Below are positions 41,999-55,169 of a stretch of 63,999 nucleotides of DNA, piece by piece. The position numbers and the translations under genes were made by a program. The notes beneath the pieces are model-generated. The model was not told the origin of the DNA. It made no database searches and saw nothing but the letters and a program-made list of their open reading frames with translations. The number at the start of each line of letters is the position of its first letter. The stretch's first letter is position 1. Origin of the DNA: Paramecium tetraurelia (taxonomy: Eukaryota); the NCBI GenBank assembly GCA_000165425.1, contig CT868429.1:633337-697335 (forward strand), in the 5' to 3' direction.

Positions 41999-43319
41999 AA
42001 ATTAATAATAAATTGATATTTTTATTGTTTAGAAATTATTAAAAAACTAATCATTTAGAATACTTTCTAAAAGGTTTTTATTTCTTTAGTGAAATCATTT
42101 CTAATATAAAGAGATACTAAAAGAAGGAATTAATAATTACAATTGTTAAATAATACCATTTGTCTCTTTTGTACTTTGATTTGAGTTATTGGCATTTTTT
42201 TTTGTAAAATATTGTTTTAATACAATTAGGTAATTTTCAGTTTCTAATTATTTTCATAATAGTTAAATCTCTAATAATTTAAGGGCCAAATATAAGGAAT
42301 TATCATAGATATAGGACTTATTTTGAGCCGTAATCCAATTTTGTTAGTCGATTCGTTATATCAATTTAAGCATATTATAATAATTATATTGTTTTTCTTT
42401 TGTTAAAATATCTAGGTACAAAAGGTTTGTTTTATTAAAGTTACTTGTTAATCAAAAATACTTTTTCCGCTGTTTGAAAAAAAAAATTGAAGATTATGAA
42501 CTAAGGTCTAGTTTTGTATTCTCTTTCGTCAATATAAATAATTGATTATGACCTAAATTAATATAGGTCAGATACACTTAAGATCTTTATTGAAGAAATA
42601 ATTCAATATTAGATCATTTAAAAATGAAATAGGATTTAAATTTTAATCCAAAAAGCTGAAAAAGGTACAATATTTTATCTTCTTGTCTATAAGATAGAAT
42701 AAATCGACTTAAGGTCAAAATTTATTTTGACAACTATTATTTGATGCATTATATTCATTTATCCTTCAAGAATATTTTTAGATTCATTTGGAATATTTCA
42801 ACTCTAATACTTATTCCTATTCCATTTTAAATCAATATTTTATTGCAATTCTTTCTCAGTATTTTACCTTAAATACTGGACTTTGATTGTGTGTCACTAT
42901 TTGTCTTAAAAAGATAAAGACTTTTTTGATTACTTAACTCTCTACAAATTACAAGGCTTTTGAATTACTGAATCCTTTAATAATAGAATTTTTATGTAAT
43001 AAAGATATTGAATGAAAATTGATTTGATTCTTAAATAATTGAATTATAAGTAATGTTATAAAGAAATGATTAATAATAATAATGGGCTCATTTCACTAAT
43101 GTAATCATATTTATTAAAATTGTCATACAAATTTTAGAATCGATGAAAGATCTCAAATTTGATATATCAATTTTCTTTTAATTATCTGTATATTATTTTA
43201 GGTGGTACATAATAATAGTTGTATGAACATAAATTATTTATATAATAAATGTTTGGATTTATTGCAAAATATATATCATTTGTTAATTTTCATATTAAAT
43301 ACATTAATACGCATCAAAA

Positions 43320-44316
43320 ATGGGTGAAAAACTTCTAGAGAAGCATTGGCTGACCAAACTTGCTGATACTTTGTAACCATTTGGGATCGGTGGTTTATCT
43401 GGATGTGTGGCAACGTGTTTTGTTTAACCAGTCGACTTAGTAAAAGTTAGAATCCAACTCAAATCAGAAAAATTGGGTCCTAATGCAGGCAGTGAAATCA
43501 GTCCATTTCGTGTCTTCTCTGAAATCTTAAAAGAAGGAGGCGTGTTGAGTTTTTGGAAAGGAATTGATTCAGCATTGGCTAGATAAGTATTTTACACTAC
43601 CACTCGTATGGGAATTTATAAGACAATGTATTTGAGATCAAAGTAAGCAAATAATGGAAAAGAGCCCTCATTTTTAGCTAAATCTTGGTGTTCAATTGTA
43701 GCAGGTTTCCTTGGCTCATTAGCAGGTAATCCAGCTGATTTAGCTTTGGTCAGAATTTAGGCAGATAGCACATTACCTGTTGAAGAAAGAAGAGGCTATA
43801 AAAATGTTTTTGATGCATTTTATAAAATTGTGAAAGATGAAGGAGTAGTAGCATTATGGAGAGGATCTACTCCAACAGTTATTAGAGCAATTGTTATTAA
43901 TGTAGCAATGTTGGGACCGTATGACGAGATAAAAGAACAACTAAATCACTATTTTGGAACCAAAGATACTCAATAAACTCGATTATTGTATTTGTTTGAT
44001 ATATTTCTAATAGAGCATCTGCAGCAGCTGGCTTTTTGAGTTCATTTTGTGCATTACCTTTTGATAATGCAAAAACAAAAATGTAGAAAATGAAAAAGGA
44101 TGCAGCAGGTGTATATCCTTATTCTTCAATTTTTGATGCAATGGGAAAAGTAAGAAAAATGAATATTTATAGACAGTTAAAAGAGAAGGTATTATAGGAC
44201 TTTGGGTAGGATTCCCAACATTTTATTTCAGAATTGCACCTCACACTATGATTACTCTTTTAACTTAAGATTGGCTTACAGACAAGGTTAATACATGGAG
44301 AAAAAAGAAAAATTGA
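43320..44316 (+). CDS. Mitochondrial carrier, 2-oxoglutarate/malate (dicarboxylate-tricarboxylate) carrier family
   Basis: QPVDLVKVRIQ, ARQVFYTTTRMGIY, GNPADLALVRIQAD, ERRGYKNVFDA, LPFDNAKTKMQ, YFRIAPHTMIT; two introns (~43988-44013, 44150-44172). Confidence 0.93.
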
Positions 44317-44619
44317 AAAATTATCATTCAATATAATAATTATTAATATTATTATTTATAATAATAATAATTTACATCATTTTCTTTATTAAATCTAGGA
44401 TAACTTATTTATTTAAGAATAAGTAATAATTAGTCAATTTGTTTCTCTTGATGACTATTTTCTATTGTTATTCACATACTATTAAATTTTGATAATTTAA
44501 TTTAATGGCAACTATTTGTAATATCGTTAGTAAAAGTAAAATAGGTAATAAGGAAATATATGTAAATCAAAATTATAAATAATTGGAAGTTTTGATCTGA
44601 ATAATACATCTATTAAAAT

Positions 44620-45210
44620 CTCAGGATTGGTTATTATCTTGATGATTTATAGATGTGGAATCTTAAATTTTTGAAGTCATTTCAAAGTAGGCAGCATTAA
44701 ATTTTTGAGCTAAATGATCCCCAGTTTTTAATTCAAGAACATTCCCATTAATATCTGCAACGTTGTAAGAGTATACACCTACATTCTTTGAAAGATCAAC
44801 TATATCCCCAACAACCCCTGGAATGTATTCAGAATTAGCTTCTATTAATGATTAGTGTTTTATAAGTGTATTATCCAAATCAGCAGTAATTTGAGCCCAA
44901 TGTTCTAATGATATTTAAATAATTTACAGGCTTCCTTAGTACTTAGATGATAATCCTTTTCACCTAAATTTTCAAATTCAAAAAAGCACTGTTAAACATT
45001 CTAGTCTTTTTATTATGTAGTTGTTTATGAGGTTTTCTAATGTGTCCTGCAAATACTGATAATAATACCGTTTTAAAAAGATCTAAATAGGTGCAAATTG
45101 AATTGTCAAAATAACCAATAAATATCGTAAAATCCTTAATTTGAAATATAAAACATCGAATTTCTTATTTCAAATTTAAATTGCATAAAGTAACAACTTC
45201 AATTCTTATT
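44620..45210 (-). pseudogene. Degenerate small GTPase (Rab/Ras-like) remnant
   Basis: IPGVVGDIVDL (eroded NKxD motif) and GDHLAQKFNAAYFEMTSK (G5-like). No intact P-loop; frame broken by TGA. Confidence 0.35.
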
Positions 45211-45658
45211 ATTTATTTTTAAAAGTAATCTATTTTGCTCTTTCAAAATAATCATTATTGAATCTCAAATTAATAAGATATCTTATTACAAATAGATGAT
45301 ATTGTATCCAAAAAGGAATATTGTTAAACGGTTACTAATATAAAATGACTATCAAAAATTGAAATATTGTTTTTAATTGTATTTGACTTTCCATCAAATA
45401 TTCTTATTATTGTATGTTAGGGTTAAAAGAAATTAGCCTTTAGGTTCCATAACTGAAGGTGGCTAATATTTGATTGGACTGAGTAATCGCGAGGTCAATT
45501 CTTTTGATTTCCAATTACTTAAAGTTAAAGTCTTTAATTTTAAGTGTTAGGTAATCTTTTTTATGACAGGTTTCTACTCTTTGAACAATAACTGAGACTT
45601 TTTTTGAGCTAATCCTAGCATTTGAACGATTATGAATTAAGTTTATTAATTATTATAT

Positions 45659-46508
45659 TCAAGTAAAATATATTTGATTGACTCGAATGAATTGATTGGT
45701 TATCTTCTTAGTGTTCTTTTTGGGCAATGAAGCTGAAGATTTGGGTTTGTAATTCTGGAAATTCCAATTTTCAATCATTTAAATAGTATGAGCTGAACTA
45801 AAATTGAAAATTAAGTAAATAGTTAAAGATACAGTTATCAGACCAAATACAACAATAATCGCAACAGTTGCCAAAGAATTTATACCAAACCCCAAAGCAA
45901 TTTCAATAGATCCAAAAATAAATAGAATGATAAAAAACATTTGTATTAGCCAACAAAGTTTTGTTCTCTTTTTTATTCTTTAAAATTATTTGATATCAAA
46001 TCTGTCATTAAAATCGGCATCAAATTCGAATTTATGATGGCAAACCTCACAATAGAGCTAAACAAGAATTTATTTATATTAATTACCTCATCATTATAAA
46101 TTTTATTAACTCCATATTACTCAAGAATCCACATTTTTAAACACTCTTAATGAACAAACTCAGCAGTTCCTTTACATTTACAAGGAGCAATAAATTTAGA
46201 GGTTTCCTCCTCGCAAATACAGATTCTACATATTTGTTCTGTTTAATGATGCTCAAATACTTTTTTATGCTTTATATCCAGGCACAGATTCTAAATCATT
46301 GATATATATATGGCAAGCAATCTATTTCCTTCTCACAGCATCCTTAATAAATTAAAAAGGTTACTTTTGAATGAACAGTTTTAAGCACTTTTTGACGGAA
46401 TTACGGCATTTGTATGCTTATACTTTCGTTTAGGATTTGAATTGAGGAATTCAATTGAAGAAATTTACTGTTTTATGTTGATGTATCATTGCTCTCATTA
46501 TTAGCCAT
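45659..46508 (-). CDS. RING-CH (MARCH-type) membrane E3 ligase, copy A
   Basis: [34 protein letters not shown]...CEVC followed by two TM helices; three introns. Confidence 0.85.
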
Positions 46509-46555
46509 ATTGAGAAAAAATTATAATAAAAAAAGTAAATAATTTAAAAAATTGT

Positions 46556-47568
46556 TCATTGTTCTGAAAGATTAGCACTTGTCATTAATTAGTTGATTTA
46601 AATTACTTAAAGACTTGTAATTTGCGGGGGACAGGTTTATAATTGAACAGTTCTCCTCCTTGCTAAAGGACTTCCAGAGATGCTATGTCCCATATGAGAT
46701 TATAACTAAAAAAAGCTGCCTTACTTGGTATCTCTTCTAGGTTTATATGGAGAAAGTGTCCAATTTTCAATCATTTCAATCTAGAGTGAAGTTAAAATGC
46801 TAGCCAAAAAATAGACAAACAATATTAAGGACAAAACTATGATTAGGGTCATCACGGCATCCACTCCTATATTGGTTAAATTGTATTCCATATATAAGGC
46901 TATGATGAGTAGGAATAATACCAACAAATCCGCTTATCAGGGAAATAATAACAAACAGATAAACTAACCAACAAATCTTCTAATGAGATGGTACTTCAGA
47001 GAATCTCTTTAAACTAACTCTGTTAACGATCTACATTCTCATTCTAAATCTATAGGAACATAATTCACATTTAATCTATTGATATTTTATAAAGAAATTA
47101 CCTTATCTTTGAATACGTCTTCAATTCCATTCTTTTATAATATCCACAATTTTAGACATTCTTCATGAACATTCATTAAGGTTCCTTTGCAAGCGCAAGG
47201 AGTTATGAATCTGGAAGTTTCTTCGTCAGCCATACAAATCCTGCATTACTCTAAGAAATAATGATTTGAATACTTCCACGCTTAGATAGTTACAATTATT
47301 TGTCATTCATTTCATTCACATAAATGTTACATCCAATTATCTTTTTCCTTTTAATATCCTAAATATTTAAGCAATTATGTACTTCATAGTAAAATGTTTT
47401 TAGAATGCCCTTTGTTATGGTTTCTTTTTAAGGTAAAGGAACCTAATCTGTTAGATTTTCTTGGGTAATATCTGGAATGAATTATATTGATGAATTCATT
47501 GGATTGTAATTTCTATTTGGAGATTATGTTGTAAATCTTATCTCAGTTGTCTATTGATTATCCGTCAT
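46556..47568 (-). CDS. RING-CH (MARCH-type) membrane E3 ligase, copy B
   Basis: CRICMADEETSRFITPCACKGTLMNVHEECLKLW...CELC followed by two TM helices; intron positions shared with copy A. Confidence 0.85.
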
Positions 47569-47689
47569 AAGAGTTTAATTATAATAATAATAAAATAGTA
47601 AGATTTTTTATGATAATAATATTACCATTTCATTTTTGAGAATATTTTTATAATTATAATATAATATTTTTATAATCAATTTTGGGCTA

Positions 47690-48700
47690 AGGTCATAAAA
47701 TATTATTAGAATGCTATTAACCTGTTACATTTAGCGTTCATTATAATAGAAAAGAAAGTACCTTCATTATGAATTGGATAAGGGTCCATTACACCTAGCA
47801 CTTCGAAATGATTCAATAGGTTAGTTTACAATTCAGCCAATGATTGATCAGCAATAGTTCTTCTGGGATCATCCTAAGGGCTAGAAAACAAATAATCATA
47901 ATTGGGTTAAACCAAGTAAAGGTAGATCAAAATTATTTATCAAAAATATTAGATGAATTCTAAAAATGCAGTCTCTGCACATCTATTAATAATTGGTCTA
48001 ACTTAATATTGAAGCGTTCAAACTAATTGTTAGATACATATTGAATGGATCTCTATATCTCCAGTTTTCTTCAATTGATACAACATTATATTGTAGTTAA
48101 GTATTCTGCAGTTGCTATTTAAAACAATTCTAAAAATGGATGCCATAATAATGAATCCAACATTGAACAAAGCCAATCAATTGACTCACCTAAATACTAT
48201 CCATCTTTCTTGATGATCAAATGTAAGGCAATATTTTTAGTTCAAATTGGGACTAAATCTATATTTCTTCCATGTATTATCTAATCACCAACTGATAATA
48301 GAACCCCAGTACTTTCAGTGAATTAACCTGATATATGACCAATTTCATGGTAATATGCCGAAGCAGACAAATGTTCAAAGGTTATTTCATTTCTATTTTA
48401 TTCTTCTACAACTCCTTCTAACTCCTATGTATATTCAGGGTAATTTGTTCTTATTCCTTTTAGTCTATTGTAGTATAGTCTTCTGGCTTCAAGATAGAGA
48501 ATGTATTTTTCTTATGATATTCGAAAACTGGGCCAAAAGAATTTTCATATCCGTATGATTCAATGATGATTCTGACTGCTTAATTCCATCATTATTTTAG
48601 TGCCGCACTTTAGTTGATTTCAATTTCTGGTATTTTTAATTGTAACATGTTACAAATGACGCTAATAATACAAATATACAATATTGAATTGTAATTAATA
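47690..48700 (-). pseudogene. Acid ceramidase / NAAA (Ntn-hydrolase) pseudogene
   Basis: IPEIEIN...Q*W, YPEYTQELEG, YYHEIGH, STGVLL (Ser where the catalytic Cys is expected), IIHGRNID, DPRR. In-frame TGA at 48589, 48242 and 48071, plus a frameshift near 48460. Confidence 0.75.
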
Positions 48701-48902
48701 TTTCGTTATTTAACAGGATTTAAATGATATTTCCTAATGACTTCATTTACTAAATTGATGACTTCACTTTTAATCGATTATATCATTCCTATTTTATATA
48801 TAAATTACCTTTTGTATAAATTTATTGAATTCTTTAATTAATATTTATCAACCTTCAGGTATTATATATGTGCTTTAACATTAAATTATAATTATATTAA
48901 AA

Positions 48903-50368
48903 ATGGGTTGCTGCTTTACAAAAAAAAAGAACCAACTCAAACCAACAAAAGCTTATGAATACATGAATACTAATAATCAAAATAATAAACAATAGGAACT
49001 TGAATAATCATTCATTCAAGATGTGGAAGTTATAATAATTGATAACAAAGAAGAAGAGCTTGAAAGACACTCACTCAAATCAGATTAAGAGTATTATTTA
49101 TAAATTATTATCCTTAGTATTCATCTTTGGGAATAAGGAGAAGTACTAGGATAAGGTGCTTTTGGAAAAGTTGTTATGGGACTCTAGAAAAATGGACAAA
49201 TCATGGCTGTGAAATAAGTTTTCATTTAAAATCAAAATGATGATGTATTATTTGTAAATATTGTAGAAAGTGAAACAATTATAAAAAGAAATTGAAATGC
49301 TGAGTAGATTACAACATCCGAATATAGTGCGTTATATAGGATGTGAATAGAGAAACCAATTCATAAATATCTTTCTAGAATATGTAAGTGGAGGCTCGGT
49401 CTAAACTTTGCTGGAGAGATTTGGATGTTTTAGAGAGAGACTTATCAAAACATATTTGAAATAAATACTGTTAGGATTAAGTTATTTGCATGCAAAGAAC
49501 GTCATTCATAGAGATATCAAAGGAGGAAACATTCTAATTGACAATTCTGGTAGATGTAAATTAGCAGGTATGTTAAATCTTTATTCTAGATTTTGGGAGC
49601 AGTAAGCAATTGAGTGATATAACTCATGATAGCATAGGATCTATTTGTGGAACTCCCAATTTCATGGCTCCAGAAGTAATTAATCAGGAACAGTATGGAA
49701 AAAAGGCAGATATTTGGAGTCTAGGTTGTACTATTATAGAAATGGCTACTGGATAACCTCCCTATTCTGAGTATAAAGATGCAATTGCTGTTATGGTCAA
49801 AATAGGTAAATCTACACAACCACCTCCTATCCCACAATAATTGTAATCTCCTGAGGCTAAAGATTTTCTATCTAAATGTCTGTAGATTGACCCTAAATAA
49901 AGAGCTACAGCTGATGAACTCTTGAAGCATTCTTTTTTAGAGGAACCTAAATAAAATTTAATGTTGAAAAAAACATCATCTTATACTTTTAATTAAAGGC
50001 AGGTCTAAAAATGTAATTATCAACAAAAAAATTCTTTTTTGCTAGATGCTGAAAATTAAGACTAATAAATTGAACCTGTCTCCCCATAATTTTAAGGGTA
50101 ATAGGGTTAAAGTTCAACAGAAACGAATAAAATTGCAGTTAAGAAGAAAAAGGAGAAACCATTATATTAATTGGTTATAGAGCCAGAGTAAAACGATTGC
50201 ATCTTAACAGGATAAGAAACCAATATAGTTGAGAATCGAAACAAGTTTTAATTTTCCGAGTTTAATGAAGTTAACCTCAAAGAAACCTACATAAAACCAT
50301 TTAATAAGGAGAATAAGGATAATTTATAAAAAGAGTTGGATAGAATCTTAGGATAATACATCAACTGA
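48903..50368 (+). CDS. STE11/MAP3K (NPK1/MEKK-like) kinase with N-terminal MGCC acylation motif
   Basis: [64 protein letters not shown]; three introns. Confidence 0.92.
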
Positions 50369-50427
50369 AAGTTTCAACATAATTGATTATATTTCTTCTC
50401 TAAATTAATATGGTATTAATAAAATAA

Positions 50428-52174
50428 TCATAATAAACGTTTCAATTAATCAGCAGTCATTGTTTCATGTTTCAATAATTCTTCCGCAAATCTTTACAGT
50501 ACCTATTAATTTTACTCTAATTTGTTTCTGACTCTATTATAGGATTCCTATAAATAATTAATATCATATATAGTACTTCTAATAATTATTTCACTTGCAT
50601 GTCCACTGTGTAACTGAACTTTTTGCTCGTTTAAGCATCTGAAATCAGAGTGTCTCCCATACCTAAGTCTTTCACATATGAATAAGCCATAGCAGTAGCA
50701 TTAGCCAAATCTGAACCACAACCAGATGAAATATTATCTTTACCAAATTTGATATCTTCTGCTGCCCTGCCACCCATACAAACATCAATAGAAGCCAGAA
50801 TATTACCTCTGGTTTATGATAATGTATCCTCCTTTGGAACCATGGATGTATACCCCAAAGCACTTCCTCGAGGCAAGATAGTTACTTTATCTAAAGGCAC
50901 AGTATGTTCTGTTAAGAGATTAATTAAGGCATGTCCACTCTCATGGTATGCTGTTAAAATCTTATCTTGATCTGTCAGTTTGTATCTTATGCCCATCCTA
51001 GTTCTATCTATTGCATGTTAGAAGTCGTTAGCTTAAGCTTTTTATCTTTTCTCTTTTACTGCATTCATAATGGCTATGTTTACAATGTTTTCAATATCAG
51101 CTCCAGTCAATCCAGTAGTCTGTCTAGCCAATAACTGAGTGTCAATATCTGCATGTTTTATCTACTTCAAGTAATATTCAAACAGTTGTTTTCTTCCCTT
51201 GATATCAGGTAACATGATATGAATTGTCTTATCAAACCTTCCTGCTCTTGTAAGCGCTGCATCTAATGATTATTCCATATTTGTAGCTCCAATCACTATG
51301 ATTGCCTCATTTTATCTAAATCCATCCATCTCAGTTAAAATTTGATTTATAGTTCCATATCTCTTTGGATCATCACCTCCTCTTGATCCACCGATAGAAT
51401 CAATTTCATCAATAAAAATTATACATGGTTATTTTTATCGAGCTTCTTAAAATAATTAACGCACTCTAGAAGAACCTACTCCCACAAACATTTCATCAAA
51501 TTCAGCTCCTGATTTGTACAAGAATGTACAACCAGCTTCCTCTGCCAAGGCTCTTGCTAATAATGTTTTTCCTGTTCCTGGTCTACCTACAAGCAATATA
51601 CCTTTTGGCAATTTTGCCCCTGATTCATGATATTTACTAGGGTTTCTAAGAAAATCAACTACTTCTTATAATTCTTCTTTGTAGTCATCTATTCCTATAA
51701 CATCTTTGAAGCCTGTTGTTTTTTTGACTTCCTTCTCTTCTGGAATAATGTTCAAACTAATTTCAATGTCGATATCAAATATCGTTGAGAATACTTCATA
51801 AGAAATGAAAAATATGATTGGATATTTTACAAACCAAGGCAATGGTAAGTCTTATGGATTTTGGTGATAATATTCATCTTATGCTTATCGAATCCAATCT
51901 TTTATTGCTTTGTTTTTTGGTTCCCTCCAAAATTAAATTTGCTTAAACATAGGTACACTCTTTTTGGCTTATAATATTTCATCGTACATCTTTAATCTAC
52001 TAAGAATCTTAAAAAAAATATTAGGTTTGTTACTTTCATATAATTGTAATAAGACTCGAAATCTTTGCTTACTAGAAATCCCTATTTGTACTCATTTAAT
52101 TTATTTCTTTAACTTAGATTTTGATATTCAAATAAGCTGCTGAACTAGTATTTTAAGAAATTGAACTTTTTCAT
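50428..52174 (-). CDS. YME1: Mitochondrial i-AAA ATP-dependent zinc metalloprotease (YME1/FtsH family)
   Basis: Presequence-like [13 protein letters not shown]; one TM; Walker A GRPGTGKT; Walker [35 protein letters not shown]; two introns. Confidence 0.88.
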
Positions 52175-52721
52175 TAAGGTTTATTTTATATATCATTAAT
52201 TAGTTTTAGTGATTCAAAAACAGAAACATACAGGTTAGTCGATGGAATAGAATAAGAGTTTGCTACTTGATTGATTCACTTTCTTATTAAAACAGTAGTA
52301 TATACTTGAAAATGGGAGAATAAATAATGTTTTTGTATTTCTTGTTGCATTATTATCACTTGGTAAAACCTCTTTTAATTCTTATTTTTTGTATTCCTAA
52401 TGGGTTGATTATAATAATTATTATAAATAAAGGATTAAAATTAAATAGCATTACAATTACAAATATGATAATATAGAAATAATTTAAAAATATAATCAAG
52501 ATTGGCATTCGAAACATCTTCTAATGATTATACCGACTTACTATTGAAATTATCTTATTTGGGAGTCTCTTTATTAAATTTTTTAGATTAGTTTCATCTA
52601 CAAAATAGTTTGATTAGTCAATTGGTTCAATTAATCTAAAATGTAGGGATTGCTTTCCGATTTGATTTCTACATTCTTCAAAAACTACTAAATTTATGTG
52701 TAATTAGTTTAAAATGGTATT

Positions 52722-53422
52722 TCATTTATATTTATATAATTGTTCTCTTTATTGCTTTGCTTCTCAATCTCTTTAATTTCTTTGTTGGTTTTCTTGTTAA
52801 ATGTAATTTAACTTTCTCTAATTTTGGATGTTACCAAATGCAAACCCATATTTAATCCCCTTAATATATTATCAGGAGCATGTTCATCATTTTGAGTTTA
52901 ACTCTATTGAGATTGTAAATGGTAGCAACTTGTCTATAATTCACCTAATTGCTGACTCACCTCCTGAACAACCTTTTTCTAAATGTTGAATTCTTCGTTA
53001 GCACTTAGTTCTTTGTCTTCTGTATAGAGCTATTTTATCTATGGAATCTAAAGAACATACTTTTGAAAATTTGGCATTTTCATAAGTTGAATGCTTATTC
53101 CCAAAAGGATCCAAGATAACTATTCTAATTTTCGATTCGATTTCAACTCTTTCTCTTCTAGAAGTTTTCTTTTCACTTCTCCCCTCCAATTCATAAGTAA
53201 GTAAAATGGCTTTGCATGTGCAGGGTTTCGTTTAATATATCTATGCTACCTAGGTCTGATTCAAATTGCTACTTCTGAGAGAGGGATCTTCTCAACAGTT
53301 AAAGCATGTAAAATTTGGGCACGTAATTCTGAAGAAATTTTATTATAAGGCCGCTTAGTCCTTGCAGTATCGTCGGTTGTCTATAGAGATTATATAACAG
53401 CTCCTTTTAGATCCTATTCCAT
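52722..53422 (-). CDS. Helix-turn-helix (homeodomain-like/psq-type) putative DNA-binding protein
   Basis: KRPYNKISSELRAQILHALTVEKIPLSE|VAQIYQTKPCTCKAILLTYELEGRSEKK; introns at 53250-53272 and ~53039-53060; TGA at 52722. Confidence 0.65.
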
Positions 53423-53599
53423 TATGTTTATTTAATAAATGTGAATAGAGAGAGAGATTTTGGAATCGACTAATTTCCTCAGAACATCTATACACCCCCT
53501 TCTAAGAATAAAAAAAATATTCTTGTGGTATTAATGATTTCAAAATAATAAAATTTAAGGATTTATCATTTTATCAATATTTTACATAATTTACTTTTT

Positions 53600-55050
53600 T
53601 CTGTCCTCTTGTGCTAATTGAAGATAATCGAGATTAATAGATTTCTAAATTATTGTTTTGAAAACCTTGGAAACCTAATTAATTTATAACCTACTACTCT
53701 CAATGCTATGCCATCAATACTTGCACTATCTTCAGTTGCATATATAAAAAATAAATGATCAAAAGCACTTCAATAAAAATTTATTAAAATTTAAAATCAT
53801 GAAACCTATGATTTCTAGAGAGTAACAGAATTTGGAGAAAACATCTTAAGAACCCAAAATACAATCTTGGCTACTATGATTGACAATTAAAAAAGCAAAT
53901 TTAAGATTTGAAATCTGTATAAAACAATCCAATATATCTTGTTGATAGCTTAAGAACAAAAAGACCAAAAGAGCAGATTAAATAAGAAGAATTCATCCAC
54001 AATAAGAAATTATGTACTCAACTTTCTGGTAGAATTCGAATAATTATGACTTATAATTAAGATGCAATCAAAAAAAAGACTGCTTAAGATGACTTACACT
54101 CAAATATAAGAATCTAAAATAACTATTATTTGAAATCGAATAAGAATATGTGAATACCATATCAAATGATTTTATTTAAAAGTGTAGAGAATTCTTGGTA
54201 TATGAAAAAAAGAGAGATGAGGAAGTCAAAGGCTTGCAATCATTAATTATTGGATGAAAAAATTGATTTAAATATATCAAAAAGGTACTAAATATAATTA
54301 TCATAATAAATCTAATAACTTATTGATGAATTAGATTATAATTCTAATTCCTTTAATTAGGTCATAGAAAAAAATAGAAACCTAAGCAAATTAGTAAATG
54401 AAACACAGGACAATTTAATTAGGGCTTTGAAAGAAAAGTAGATGAGAGAATGAAATATCAGATTGAAAAAACAGTATTGATTATTATGTTATTTAGTTAT
54501 TTAACCTTAAGTTATAGGTAGCAGATCAAAATATCAAATACTTACAATAATAAAATGAACAATACAAAATAATTGATTGGTAGTTTTGAGAATGAAAGAT
54601 AGACAACAAAGAAACAATAAGTCTATTTAAAAGCAATATTCTGATAGCATAAAATAACTATTATTAAAAAAATGGGATGTCAACAAAATGGTTGAAGGAA
54701 ATAAGATTATTTAAGACTGAGTAATTTTATATCTGTGAAACCTATGATGAAAGCAGAGAAATCAAAATTTCTATTGAAATGACTAAATTGTAATTGAATT
54801 TGTAAATAAATTATATCAATATTTTCGAAGAGAATCAAAAGACACTCAAAATGATTTGAAGACATCTATGAAAATTGATGGTGGATTGTTAATAGAGTAA
54901 AAAAAGAGTGAATTAAGTGATTTTTATCAAATGTCTTCGTATGTTTGGTAAACCCTGTATAGAAGATAATCAAAGGAATCGTAATAGAGCTTTTCCTGTA
55001 TGCAGAACTAGAAATGGAATCGAAGAGGTTAGATCAATTATTTTGAGTTG
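53600..55050 (+). pseudogene. Decayed coiled-coil protein gene, possibly with an eroded C-terminal RING
   Basis: Long K/E/Q-rich coding-like sequence interrupted by TGA and frame switches; ends GKPCIEDNQRNRNRAFPVCRTRNG. Confidence 0.4.
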
Positions 55051-55169
55051 ATGATTATAAAAATTTATATACCAATAAGATTTGAAAATTATTAAATAAT
55101 AGGTTCCACAACATAGAATTTGTACAAAAATCATAAAATAAAAGAAATGCAATCTCAAAAATAATAACA

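Noticed and set aside
42290..43240. Intact gene upstream of the mitochondrial carrier
   Set aside because: The frames examined are interrupted by TGA with no frame-restoring introns; at best a decayed remnant.
45240..45640. Small ORF-like stretch between the Rab-like remnant and RING-CH copy A
   Set aside because: Short open frames on both strands, but no convincing start, motif or consistent gene model.
48641..48654. Perfect 14-bp palindrome TGTAACATGTTACA
   Set aside because: Isolated, lies within pseudogene coding sequence, and is plausible by chance in 64 kb of AT-rich DNA.
47690..48700. TGA readthrough (selenocysteine or Trp recoding) in the ceramidase-like gene
   Set aside because: The TGAs are not at conserved Cys/Trp positions and co-occur with a frameshift and loss of the catalytic Cys; pseudogenisation is simpler.
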